Assembly: GCA_963827655.1 (NCBI GenBank)
Contig: CAWHCF010000010.1
Coordinates: 32,001 to 96,000, forward strand
Length of the DNA stretch: 64,000 bases
Reading direction: 5' to 3'
From: an uncultured Acidobacteriota bacterium
GTDB lineage: Bacteria; Acidobacteriota; UBA6911
Shown here: positions 1 to 9,986 of the stretch, piece after piece
How positions within the stretch are numbered: position 1 is the first letter of the stretch
Layout of the letters: every line of letters starts with the position of its first letter
Position numbers and translations under genes: made by a program
The notes under the pieces: generated by a model
Databases searched by the model: none
Seen by the model: the letters and a program-made list of their open reading frames with translations, nothing else
What the model was told of the DNA's origin: nothing

Positions 1-510
1 AGGACATATCAGGATTAGTCGATCGGCTGGAAGCGAGATGATCTCGATTCCCTTTCTCGCTTTTGGATAAGGGACGATGCCTAGATCAACCGCGCCTCTT
101 AAACAATCCTCGTAAACCCGGTTGGCCCGGCTATACTCCACGTGCAGGTTTACCTTGGGATAGGTCTTCAAGAATGTCTTTATCACCGGAGACATTTCAT
201 AAAGCCCGACGCTGTAAACGCTCGCCACCCGAATGGTTCCCGCCATCTCCTGGCCCGCCGACTTAAGGTCCAACTCCATCCGCGCATAGCGTCCGAGGAT
301 TTCGCGCGAGGCCTGATAGAGCACCAGTCCCGCGTCGGTGGGAACAATCGACCGGCTCTTCCGTTCCAGGAGCGGCCTGCCAAACCGCGACTCGAGCCCC
401 TTCACCTGCTGGCTGACCGCCGACTGGGTGATGAAGTTATGGGCCGCCGCCTGAGAAAAACTGCGGCTTTCCACCAAGTCACAGAACACCTTCAAGGTTT
501 CAATCTGCAT
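1..510 (-). CDS. LysR-family transcriptional regulator (5' part; runs off left edge)
   Basis: Not in the ORF track. The reverse strand from ATG at 510 reads MQIETLKVFCDLVESRSFSQAAAHNFITQSAVSQQVKGLESRFG, a classic LysR HTH. Confidence 0.9.
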   Translation of the reverse strand, partial: MQIETLKVFCDLVESRSFSQAAAHNFITQSAVSQQVKGLESRFGRPLLERKSRSIVPTDAGLVLYQASREILGRYARMELDLKSAGQEMAGTIRVASVYSVGLYEMSPVIKTFLKTYPKVNLHVEYSRANRVYEDCLRGAVDLGIVPYPKARKGIEIISLPADRLILICP

Positions 511-563
511 AAAAACGAGAAGCGCTCAGCCATTTCGCCTTAGCCGCAAGAGCCGGGCCATAC

Positions 564-629
564 ATTAGGTCTACTAATCCATATGATCAAACTTATTCAT
601 TTTACTTATTCTCTGACGGACATTAAAGT
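564..629 (+). promoter_or_regulatory. LysR box plus sigma70-like promoter divergent from lysR
   Basis: ATTAG-N5-CTAAT dyad (564-578, T-N11-A); TTTACT (601-606)-17 nt-TAAAGT (624-629). Confidence 0.6.
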
Positions 630-636
630 TTGACGC

Positions 637-945
637 GAATCATGATTCAGGTAGTTCTCGGGTGGGCCCCCGTCCACGGGGGGCGGGGGCCAACAAATCC
701 TGTCATCCATTGGATTCACTATCAGGCAAGCGCTTCGGCTTCGGTATCCTGGTTCGCGGGACCTGGGAGGCAGGAGCCGGAAGCCATTCCGGCTTCGGAC
801 TTATCGCTTCTAACGTCACCAGAAATCCTCATATCGCGTCGTACAAGCGGCCAAAGGCGAGTGGCGGCAATCCGGATTCGGGAAATCACGTTCCAGTAGC
901 GTGATGGCCTGATGTTCGGGCGCCTCGCGAGAGGCGCCCTTCGCA
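637..945 (+). ncRNA. Candidate structured sRNA or small-ORF transcript
   Basis: Lies between the promoter and a terminator-like hairpin; GC-rich stem-loops at 666-684, 773-796 and 885-905; no recognisable protein (ORF 642-899 possible). Confidence 0.35.
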
Positions 946-949
946 TTTC
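918..949 (+). terminator. Intrinsic terminator-like hairpin
   Basis: Perfect 9-bp stem GGGCGCCTC-GCGA-GAGGCGCCC followed by TTCGCATTT (weak U tract). Confidence 0.55.
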
Positions 950-1015
950 CCCTCCGCCGCCAAATCAACCTCCAGAGACTCGATACCACCGCGGGGGGAC
1001 GCCGGAACGGGCCGA

Positions 1016-2839
1016 TCAGGTTGCCGGATCGTTATTGGCGGTCTGGTCCGGAGGTTGCCAGGGTGTTCCCAGCCACGACTGATAAAGGGTCTTCTGCTCG
1101 GCCGTGGGGCTGGGGATGCGAGTTATCTTGTATTCCGCTCTTTTCTGCCCCAGCACAACGGGGAGAACCCGCAGCTTGCCCAAACGCGAAATGGTAATGT
1201 CCAGCGTGGCGCCCGGTCTCTTCTCTTCGATGCGCGCATTCAGGCTCTCCTGGTCGACACGATATCCGTCTGCCGCTATGATCTCGTCTCTGACGTTGAT
1301 GCCATGGTTGTATGCTGGCGTCGCGGCAGGAACCGACGTCACGAGGATTTTGCCCTCGGATGCCTTCGTGGAAATGCCCAGGTAGCCTTTGGGCGCGCCA
1401 TCCTCCCGCCTGGGCCCCAGCAACGTCAACCCGGCGCCAAGCAGGTAATGGGCAAAATCTATTTCCCTGGTTCCGTAGGCGTAATCGTCGAAGATCTCCG
1501 CCAGAGAGCCTCCGGCTACCTCCTCACAAGCCGCTCGAAACTCGTCTTCCTCGAAACCCCGCTGACACTGCTCGTAAAATCGCGCATAAAGCAAGCGCAT
1601 AACATCGTCAAGGCTCTTGACGGTAGCGGTTCTATTACGGATTTCCAGGTCCATCACCAGTCCGATCAATTCACCCTTGAGGTAATAAGAAATACTGGCG
1701 TTCGGAGAATGCTCGTCCCGCCTGTAGAACTTGATCCAGGCGTCAAAGCTCGCCTCGGCTGCCGACTCAATCAACCGGCCGGGAGTCTGCTGATAACCGC
1801 TGATGGTTTTCGAGAGAGTCTCCAGGTATTTGTCTGCGCTGATCAGGCCCGAGCGCAGGACCAGGTGGTTGCCGTAATAGTTCGTAAAGCCTTCGGAAAC
1901 CCAGAGCATGCGCGTGTAATTTTCCCTGTTGTAGTCGAAGGGGCCAAGGCCCTTCGGCCGGATCCGTTTGATGTTCCACACGTGGAAGTACTCGTGCGCC
2001 ACAAGCGAGAGAAACTTGCGGTAACTCTCCTCCGGCTGAAAACACCAGCGGGAGACTTGAAGCGAACTGGAGTTCATATGCTCCAGTCCTCCGCTCGCGT
2101 TATCCAGCAGGTGCACAATGAAGGTATAATGCCGGTACGGTATTTCTCCGAAAACGTCAGCGGCCGTTTCGACGATCCGGTTGATATCGGATCGCAGTTT
2201 CGCCAGGTCGCAGTTCCCGTCGCCGTAAATCGCGATGAAGTGAGGAGTCCCGCGAGAATCGAAGCTGAGGATTTCCTGATTTCCAATCTCGATAGGGCTA
2301 TCCACGAGCGTGTCAAAGTCAGGCGCCAGGAATGCATTGGATTCGCCCGCAACCAGATCGAGCCCGGTCGAGATCCGGTTCCATCCCGGATAAGGATCGA
2401 TTGCGACGCGGTAGGGTCGTTCGAGGAATCCCTCGAGGTACATGAACACACTCGCGCCATTAATGTAGGCGTGACTGTCGTCCAGGAAGCTGGTGCGCAC
2501 CGATAACTCAAAGGCGTAAACGCGATACTTCACGGTAACTTCTGACGAGTCTCCGGCATAAACCCGCCAGGTGTTCTTGCTGGTTTTTTCCCAGCGCAGG
2601 TTCCTCCCGGCGGCGTCGACCGACGAGAACTCTTGGACATTGCGGGCGAATTCCCGGACCAGGTACGATCCCGGAGTCCAGACGGGCATGACGAAGTCGA
2701 GTTCCCCTTCCGGAGCTCCGGAGATATTGATGACCACGTCAAAATAGTGCGTCCAGGGCTGGCTCATGCCGACCCGGATCACGATCTCGGGGCCATGATC
2801 CTGCTCAGAGTTGTCGGGAATCTTGGAAATCAGTGTCAT
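1016..2839 (-). CDS. M61 family glycyl aminopeptidase with C-terminal PDZ domain
   Basis: MPVWTPGSY N-terminal motif, GGLEH, HEYFH Zn motif, WVSEGFTNY, PDZ (GYLGI...DEIIA). Start is uncertain. Confidence 0.92.
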   Translation of the reverse strand: MTLISKIPDNSEQDHGPEIVIRVGMSQPWTHYFDVVINISGAPEGELDFVMPVWTPGSYLVREFARNVQEFSSVDAAGRNLRWEKTSKNTWRVYAGDSSEVTVKYRVYAFELSVRTSFLDDSHAYINGASVFMYLEGFLERPYRVAIDPYPGWNRISTGLDLVAGESNAFLAPDFDTLVDSPIEIGNQEILSFDSRGTPHFIAIYGDGNCDLAKLRSDINRIVETAADVFGEIPYRHYTFIVHLLDNASGGLEHMNSSSLQVSRWCFQPEESYRKFLSLVAHEYFHVWNIKRIRPKGLGPFDYNRENYTRMLWVSEGFTNYYGNHLVLRSGLISADKYLETLSKTISGYQQTPGRLIESAAEASFDAWIKFYRRDEHSPNASISYYLKGELIGLVMDLEIRNRTATVKSLDDVMRLLYARFYEQCQRGFEEDEFRAACEEVAGGSLAEIFDDYAYGTREIDFAHYLLGAGLTLLGPRREDGAPKGYLGISTKASEGKILVTSVPAATPAYNHGINVRDEIIAADGYRVDQESLNARIEEKRPGATLDITISRLGKLRVLPVVLGQKRAEYKITRIPSPTAEQKTLYQSWLGTPWQPPDQTANNDPAT

Positions 2840-2870
2840 TCGCATCTCCGGCTCGGAGGCTCTAAAAAAA

Positions 2871-2904
2871 CCACTAAGACTCAAAGACACGAAGAAACAC
2901 CAAG
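2871..2904 (+). repeat. Dispersed ~35 bp repeat with 9-bp periodicity (REP-like)
   Basis: CCACTAAGACTCAAAGACACGAAGAAACACCAAG; near-identical copies at 8190, 13471, 14681, 22116, 37618 and 60655. Confidence 0.8.
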
Positions 2905-2927
2905 AACGTTGTCAAGGACGTAGTAAT

Positions 2928-4040
2928 TTAAAGCGTCAACACCGTCTTGATCTCGCCGCGACGCTTCTGCGTCAGGTACTGGGAAAAATCTTCCATGGGA
3001 GCGCGCTTAGTGATCAGCGCCTGGATTGTCTCGGGATATCGCTCCGCGAGGATCGCAAGATGCTCCACTCCCCTTCGAAACGCCTCGATGTTGGCGTTGA
3101 CGACACCTAGGACCACCTGGTTGTTCAGGACCAGGCGCCGCATGATATCGTCGCCGTCAATCGTGACCTGGTTCCCGAGTCCGGGCACTCCGGTCATTAA
3201 ATAGATGCCGTTGATCCCCAGTATCGAGAGATACTCGAAGCTCAGCTGGGAGTTCCCAGCGGCTTCGAAGATCAAGTCGACGTTTCCTATTGCGGCGCCG
3301 ATTTCTTGAGGGGACTTGACGGCGCTGCAAAAATAGTCGATTCCCGCGTCGATCAGCACGCGAACTTTCGGATCATCGGGCGGGTTTCGACTTGCCACGT
3401 AGGTTTTCATTCCCAGGTCAGCGAGCGAAATTGCCGCCAGAAATCCGACCGGCCCGGCGCCCAGAATCAGGGCCGAACGGCAGCCATACTTGCCGCCGGG
3501 AGTATCCGGCGCGCACTCCCAGGGCAAGCGGCTCTGAACCTGGTCGAGTTCCTTGAGCGCCTTCTCGGTCAGCGTCAATGGCTCTACGAGGATGGCCACG
3601 GCGCGCAGATCCCTGGGAATCTTGGTAAGAAATGCCGGATGCTCCGCAATCAGCTCCGTCAGGTAGCCGCTGGCAGAACGGATGCCGCGCTCCGTATAAC
3701 AGCCGGTGAAGCACATGTCGGATTGATGGGTCCGGCATGGAATACAGGATGGATCCGGGCACGGCCGTCTGACCGTCGGGACCACGAGATCGCCTTTGCG
3801 GAACCCCTCGACGCTCTTTCCGACTTCCACGACCTCCCCGATAGTTTCGTGCCCGAGGACCAGGTAGTCCAACCCTTCCGGAGGGGTTCCGAACTCAAAA
3901 CGGACGATGTCCCGGTCGGTGCCGCAAATTCCCACCTCGAGCGGATGGATCAGGACCTGATCCGGCGAATCCAGACGCGGTTCCGGAACTGAGATCAACC
4001 TCAGGTCCTTTTCTTCAGGATAAACAGCCAGGGCTTTCAT
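2928..4040 (-). CDS. Zn-dependent glucose 1-dehydrogenase (MDR superfamily)
   Basis: GICGTD, GHE, structural-Zn Cys cluster CPDPSCIPC...C, ERGI, Rossmann GAGPVG. Confidence 0.85.
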   Translation of the reverse strand: MKALAVYPEEKDLRLISVPEPRLDSPDQVLIHPLEVGICGTDRDIVRFEFGTPPEGLDYLVLGHETIGEVVEVGKSVEGFRKGDLVVPTVRRPCPDPSCIPCRTHQSDMCFTGCYTERGIRSASGYLTELIAEHPAFLTKIPRDLRAVAILVEPLTLTEKALKELDQVQSRLPWECAPDTPGGKYGCRSALILGAGPVGFLAAISLADLGMKTYVASRNPPDDPKVRVLIDAGIDYFCSAVKSPQEIGAAIGNVDLIFEAAGNSQLSFEYLSILGINGIYLMTGVPGLGNQVTIDGDDIMRRLVLNNQVVLGVVNANIEAFRRGVEHLAILAERYPETIQALITKRAPMEDFSQYLTQKRRGEIKTVLTL

Positions 4041-4228
4041 TCATTCTCTCGTGTCAATGAATGACGCAAAAAAACCACAAACGCGCGAAGATTCTACACG
4101 AAACCGGCGTCTTCGGGCGAATTGATTAGGCGTGGTATGCTACGCGATTCCTGGCGTATTCGCGGTTGGTAAGTGTCGACCCTATAGTGGTCAGCTCAGC
4201 CGGGCGAAGCCAGCGGGCTGGCCAACAT

Positions 4229-5396
4229 ATGAAAAACAATCTCGTTGCTTATCTCGCAATCAGCGCGTTGCTGAGCCTGGCCAATTGGATACTGCTGTTA
4301 CTCCCTAACTTTCTTGCCGAAAGACACTGGTCTTCACAAGAAATCGGTTGGGCAATCGGCTGTTTCTTCCTGGTCAATTTGATTTTCCAGATTCTTTCGG
4401 GGCCCGTGGCCCATCGCCGGGGGAACTTGTCCACCGCGCTCGCCGGCGCGGGATTGGGGTTTGCCGGTGGACTGCTCTACCTCGGCGCGCTCTGGTTTAC
4501 GGGCATGATTTTTCCGGCTCGAGTTTTCCATGCGGCGGGGGCTGCCATGGTATTTGCAGGCGCGCTCATGGAACTGGTCAAATCGGTTCCCCTTCACCTT
4601 AGAGGGAGGATGATCGGCTACTACGGACTCCCCGGTTTCGTGATGATGGGACTGGGGCCCATGACCTCCGAATGGTTTGTTTATCGCTGGGGGTTTGCGA
4701 GCTATTTTTCTCGCAATCCCCCTGATTTATGCCGCTCTCGCGTTGATCTTGAGCTGGCTTCCCCGTCCTCTGGCAGCGGGAAGTCCACGACATCCCTTTT
4801 CGGAAGCCTTTCGCGATAGCGTTCTGCGACTGAGGTCGATTCTGGTGCTTTCGGTGTTTTTCGGACTCTGCTTTTCGGCGTGGAACACCTTCCTTGCGCC
4901 CGCCGTGCGCTCAGTCGGGACCGGCGCGGTTTCCAGCTTCGGGTTGGGCTACGGAGTCGGAGCGGTGATTACCCGATTGGGGACCAGTAAGTGGCTGGAC
5001 TCTCATTCACGCCGTCTGGCGTCGATTTCGACCCTGCTTCTGTACAGCCTGAGCCTGGCGCTGATTCCGTTCGCAGTAGCAATCTGGCAACTGATTCTCC
5101 TGGGCCTCGTGTGCGGCATGGTCCACGGAATTTATTATCCGAGCCTCAGCTCCATCGCGGCTGAGCGATTTCATCCGCTTCATGCCGGCCAGGCTCTCAG
5201 CTTGTATGTTTCAGCCTCCGCAATCGGGATGTTTGTCGGACCCCCGCTCTGGGGAACTGTTGTCGACCTGGCGGGTTACCGGGTCATGTTCGCCTTATCC
5301 GGCGTGGTACTGGCATTGAATGCGATTGCATTCGTTGCCTGGCAGCGGCGTTTGAAACTGCTCAGGGCGTCAAGACATTCGACGGTGTATCATTGA
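4229..5396 (+). CDS. MFS transporter (one frameshift near 4695)
   Basis: ORFs 4166-4819 and 4677-5396 join into ~12 hydrophobic helices. Confidence 0.8.
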
Positions 5397-5541
5397 CCTG
5401 TTGGGCTCACGAACTAAGGGTTCGCGAGACAGAAACCGATTCATGATTGACCACCGACTCTCGCGCCAGAATGTGAAGTTATTTCTGCGCGAGCCCTAGG
5501 TGCCGGTTTTTGTACTGCAAGACCCCAAGAACCGAGGGTAA

Positions 5542-6487
5542 ATGAATCGCCGATGTTTCCTGGGCCTTTTGATCGTCGCTGCTCTGGTGACCAATGCTTT
5601 TCAGAGCGCGCTCGGCGGTCAAACGACCCCCGCTGAATCCGGCAGGACTTCCGAGCAGGCGAAGGAATCGACTGCCCTGCGGGAGGCATGGTTGCGCTTC
5701 CATGAGGCGGAATTGTGCCAGGGGATCGATGCGGTGTTTCAAATTCACCAGAAGGGGATGGAAGTCTGGTGTCGCGTGGAAGACGAGAAGACCTACCAGA
5801 AGTTTCTGGAACTGGTCGAGCCTTTGCGCGCTTCGTACGAGATCGACCTCTACACCACGCGCCCCTTGGCGGAAAAGAAGACCATCGACGACAACGATCC
5901 TCCGCCCAGCATCTGGAACAATGCCGAAATCCGCAGTTACCTTCAGGATCCGTTTGGAAAGAATCCGACGCGGAGGCGGCATCAGCATCCGTCCGGCCTC
6001 GGGCGGCGAAAGAGATGCCGATTATTTCCTCAAGCAGCGGATGCTGATGTTTGCGCAGCAGACACTGGAGTGGAACGAAAAGATGAAGAGATACGCCCTG
6101 GACCTTCCGGACCTGGCGCAGGCGGCCTTCGGCGGCGACGCTGTCCCCGGGCTGCGCGCCCGGGTTGTGGCTGCCTCCCAGGCGCATGCCGAAGGTGTCG
6201 ACAAGTACGCCGAGAGGCTGACGGAAAATCTCTCGCACGCTCTCCCCAAAGCCACCAAGCGCTTTCGTCCCACCGACAAAGAGAAATTACCCGCGGCGGC
6301 CGCCTCTGCAGACACGAGCGCGGAACAGGTTTCCAACGCCGGCCAGAGTATCGCGCGCCGGATCTACCGCTTTATCCATCCTCAGCATCACACGGTTGGT
6401 CTGGTCGATTTGAGAGAGCCCAGTTTACTGGAGTCACTAAAGACCCTGAGAAACATGGTGGACGGCTTTCAGCGCGCCGCGCGCTAA
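5542..6487 (+). CDS. Secreted hypothetical protein (frameshift near 5965)
   Basis: Signal peptide MNRRCFLGLLIVAALV after GAGGG RBS; coding-like sequence continues in the frame of ORF 5594-6487. Confidence 0.65.
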
Positions 6488-6547
6488 CCGGTTTGAGATG
6501 TTTACCACGAAGACACGAAGACGCTAGGACAACGCGAAGCATCGAGG

Positions 6548-7642
6548 TTAGCGCACCAGACCACGCCCCTCGACTTTCCAGTCGTCCACCACCTCGTCCT
6601 GCGAAACCCGCCAGATCTCGTTCTGCATGTTGACCGTGGCGCACACGTGGTTAGGAATGAAGCGCAATCTCTCGCCGATCTTGAATCGGTACGGCGAGCC
6701 TTCAACATTGAGATGGCCATGCTCCTCGGACATCGACTCCAGGATCACTCCCGGATGATCGAGCAGGTAACCAAAGCCAAGTCCGGCGCCCCCCCGGAGC
6801 GGGTCGCTCGAGAAGGTCTTGGAACCGGCGTCGACGACGACACGCCCTTTCACAGCCGCGCTTACCACCGTGGTGTGAACCGTCAGCGCGCAACGCGACA
6901 GATCCGTTACCCCGATGCTGACCGTGTTCATGTCATTGAACACATAGGTGCCCGGGCGAATCTCCGTCACGGTTTTCATGTGATGGCTCTGAAAGGCCGT
7001 CGGCGTCGACCCGCCGCTGACCACGCGGAGCTCAATGCCGGAGCCGAAAAGCTTGTCCTGGGCTTCCTTGAGCCGCCGGTCGATTCCCTCCAGAATCGGG
7101 ATTTGATCCCCGGGGGCGGCGCGGATGTGTCCGGGAAAAAACATGAATCCGAGAAAATCAACATTGGGCAGCCGAGTCATCGCCTGCGCCAGCGAAACCA
7201 GCTCCGCCGGTGTCTGAACGCCGCAACGCCGGAGGCCCGCGTCCATTTCCGCCAGAACCGCGATCCTCGTGCCGGCGGCGCGAGCCGCGCGCGAGATGCC
7301 TTCGGCTACCTCGACCGAGTCCATGGCAACGATGATGCGAGCTCTTCGCGAAAGCTCGACCAGCCGCTGCAACTTGGAGACTCCAACCAAAGGGTAAGCG
7401 ATCAGGATGTCGTCGAATCCTTCTCGAACCATTAACTCGGCTTCACCGAGTTTCGCCACCGTAATCCCTCGGGCTCCCGACCGAATCTGCATTCGAGCGA
7501 TTTCCGGTATCTTGTGGGTTTTGGTGTGAGGCCGCAAGCTGAGACCGTGGCCGGCGCAATAGGCAGCCATTTCCCGCAGGTTCGTCTCGAGAATATCGAG
7601 ATCGACCACGACCGCCGGTGTATCCAGATCGGAGACGCGCAC
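6548..7642 (-). CDS. DSD1-family PLP enzyme (D-serine dehydratase/D-threonine aldolase-like, alanine racemase fold)
   Basis: LDTPAVVVD, LRPHTKTHK (PLP Lys), EIRPGTY, SEEHG, PNHVC; GTG start at 7642. Confidence 0.88.
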   Translation of the reverse strand: MRVSDLDTPAVVVDLDILETNLREMAAYCAGHGLSLRPHTKTHKIPEIARMQIRSGARGITVAKLGEAELMVREGFDDILIAYPLVGVSKLQRLVELSRRARIIVAMDSVEVAEGISRAARAAGTRIAVLAEMDAGLRRCGVQTPAELVSLAQAMTRLPNVDFLGFMFFPGHIRAAPGDQIPILEGIDRRLKEAQDKLFGSGIELRVVSGGSTPTAFQSHHMKTVTEIRPGTYVFNDMNTVSIGVTDLSRCALTVHTTVVSAAVKGRVVVDAGSKTFSSDPLRGGAGLGFGYLLDHPGVILESMSEEHGHLNVEGSPYRFKIGERLRFIPNHVCATVNMQNEIWRVSQDEVVDDWKVEGRGLVR

Positions 7643-7653
7643 AAGAACCACCG

Positions 7654-8187
7654 CTAAGATGCGAACCGGCTTTCCAGGATTTTGCCCATCAGGAGATTGA
7701 ATTCGATGGCCGCCACGCGCTGGAGCAGAGAGCCAGGCGCGGACTCGCCGGAGCTGGCCTTCCGGCACAGATCGACCATTCGCCGGGGGTTCCAAACGGG
7801 TTCTGTCAGGAGTTCCCGGATGGTGCCGGTGTCACCGGCTTCGCCGCCGACCGACTCGACCTCACTGCGGAGTCTGGAAAAGAGCGAGTGCTCTCCCACT
7901 CGTTTGTACCAGTAGAGCGAATTCTCGAAATCGCCTTCGCTTCGATGAACCAGCGCATGCCAATAGGAGCCTTCCGCCGACGGATTCTGCTGGGCGAGGG
8001 CGTGCGCTTCCTCGATAAAGCCATAGAGCCAGAGGGCCCCGGTCTTTACCAGGCTGTCATCGACCATCTTCAAACGCTCGCGCCAGTCGGTTTCCTGTAT
8101 GACCTGGCGAATCTCTTCGGGGCCTCTGGGAGGGCGTACGGGAACAGGCAAGCCTTCGGGCGCCGGATAGAAAAGTTCGCTGCTCAT
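7654..8187 (-). CDS. Conserved hypothetical protein
   Basis: Motif AH.LAQ...EGSYWHALVHRSEGDFENSLYWY; co-oriented 11 nt upstream of the DSD1 gene. Confidence 0.75.
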   Translation of the reverse strand: MSSELFYPAPEGLPVPVRPPRGPEEIRQVIQETDWRERLKMVDDSLVKTGALWLYGFIEEAHALAQQNPSAEGSYWHALVHRSEGDFENSLYWYKRVGEHSLFSRLRSEVESVGGEAGDTGTIRELLTEPVWNPRRMVDLCRKASSGESAPGSLLQRVAAIEFNLLMGKILESRFAS

Positions 8188-8189
8188 AG

Positions 8190-8224
8190 CTTAGTGTTTC
8201 TTCGTGTCTTCGTGTCTTAGAGGT
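8190..8224 (-). repeat. Dispersed 9-bp-periodic repeat copy
   Basis: CTTAGTGTTTCTTCGTGTCTTCGTGTCTTAGAGGT. Confidence 0.8.
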
Positions 8225-8423
8225 ATTTGTTCCATAAGGAAAACGAGGACCGATTCTCCTACTTTCAACCTTCACAATCATCAAGAAAACTTCCGGCTCC
8301 CGAAGGCATCGAACCGGCAGTGGCTCAACCGGGCAGGAAGCGGGATTGTGGTTCGGATCGTGCCAGTGCTATTCTGTCTGCGAATCGACCAGCATCGGAC
8401 GCCACCTGAGGCTAACTATCAGA

Positions 8424-9008
8424 ATGAAATCGATCACCAGAACAGGACCGCCACTTTTGCTGATTGGATTTTTGCTGCTTTCCGGTTACGCCGCAGCAGC
8501 GCGACAGGAAGTAAAAGTCAGCGAGACTGCGCGCATATTCCAGGAATTTGCGAAACGCGTCGAGGAATATGCCAAATTGCAGAAGCAGGCCAAACGTGAG
8601 GTTCCGCCAATTGGCGCGGATGCGACTCCCGCAATGATTTCGAATTACCAGAGCGCGATAGCTGCGGCGATACAGGCCGCCCGGGCGAACGCCCTCGAAG
8701 GGGATATCTTTTTCCCGGAGGTCAGGTCTGAATTCCGTCGCATCATAGCGCTCGAGTTCGGGGGGCCAGCCGGGGCGGGAGCTCGCGCGCTCATTACGGA
8801 GGACACGCCGCGAAAAATCTTTCTGCGGGTGAACGCCTCCTATCCTGAGGAATGGCCGCTCGCTGCAGTCCCTCCGAGCCTGTTGATGAATCTTCCAGGC
8901 CTGCCGCCTGAACTGGAGTATCGCTTCGTCAATCGAGACTTGATCTTGTTGGACACCTCCGCCAATTTGATTGTGGACTTCATGCGGGACGTTGTTCCAA
9001 GATCGTAG
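8424..9008 (+). CDS. Secreted hypothetical protein
   Basis: Signal peptide; C-terminal PPSLLMNLPGLPPELEYRFVNRDLILLD...NLIVD motif; directly upstream of the phosphoesterase. Confidence 0.75.
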   Translation: MKSITRTGPPLLLIGFLLLSGYAAAARQEVKVSETARIFQEFAKRVEEYAKLQKQAKREVPPIGADATPAMISNYQSAIAAAIQAARANALEGDIFFPEVRSEFRRIIALEFGGPAGAGARALITEDTPRKIFLRVNASYPEEWPLAAVPPSLLMNLPGLPPELEYRFVNRDLILLDTSANLIVDFMRDVVPRS

Positions 9009-9015
9009 CCGAGCT

Positions 9016-9961
9016 ATGCGTCGTTTTCTGATATCAGCGCTTCTTCTCCTCAGCCTTTCGTTCCCCGGGCCGGCGGGCGATCTCCTGCTGCCGCTCAGAA
9101 CGAATTCGATTCGTTTTGCGGTCATCGGAGACAGCGGAACCGGGGATAAGGGTCAGCTTGAAATAGGAGGGCAACTCGCCGACTTCAGGACAAGATTTCT
9201 CTTTGAGTTTGTGATCATGTTGGGCGATAACCTTTACGGTGGTGAAGGACCGGGAGACTACCAGCGGAAATTCGAGCGTCCTTACAAGGCCCTTCTGGAT
9301 GCCGGCGTCAAGTTCTATGCCTCCCTGGGAAATCACGACAATCCCAACCAGCGGTTTTACAAGCTGTTCAACATGGATGGGCAACGTTACTACAACTTCA
9401 AGCCCCAAGACCGAGTACGGTTTTTTGCGCTCGACAGCAACTACATGGATAAGCCGCAGCTCGCGTGGCTGGAAAAGGAGCTGCGCAATTCCGACGGAGG
9501 AATGGAAGATCTGCTTCTTCCACCATCCACTGTATTCGTCGGGCGAGAGGCATGGTCCTGATCTGGAGTTGCGCTCGGTACTGGAGCCGCTGTTCCTGAA
9601 ATACGGCGTAGATGTCGTGTTCGCGGGGCACGAGCACTTCTACGAGCGACTCAAGCCGCAGAACGGGATCCAATACTTCATCTCGGGCGGAGCAGGCAAA
9701 GTGCGCAAGTCGAACATTGCCGTCACCGGCCTGACAGCCAAGGGATTCGATCAGGACCTGCACTTCATGCTGGTCGAAATCGACGGCGATGAATTTCATT
9801 TCCAGGCTATCTCTCGCACCGGAGCTACGGTTGACTCCGGCCTGATACGACGACAGGAGAAAACCAGCTCGAGATCCGGCGCCTCTGCGATTCCGATTCT
9901 CGAGTTCGGATCAAGTCCAGGTCCGGTGATCGCAAGCATGCCGGTCCAGGTTCCCGCCTGA
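9016..9961 (+). CDS. Secreted metallophosphoesterase (purple acid phosphatase-like; frameshift near 9497)
   Basis: GDSG, LGDNLY and GNHD in the first frame; HHP and GHEH in the second. Confidence 0.88.
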
Positions 9962-9986
9962 AAACGAACGCCAGATTCGGGGGATT

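Noticed and set aside
142-543. Plus-strand 133-aa ORF
   Set aside because: Antisense shadow of the minus-strand lysR.
1055-2506. Long antisense ORFs (also 20185-21711, 39041-40240, 47743-49137, 49621-51018)
   Set aside because: Shadows of real genes, expected from high-GC codon bias; no motifs of their own.
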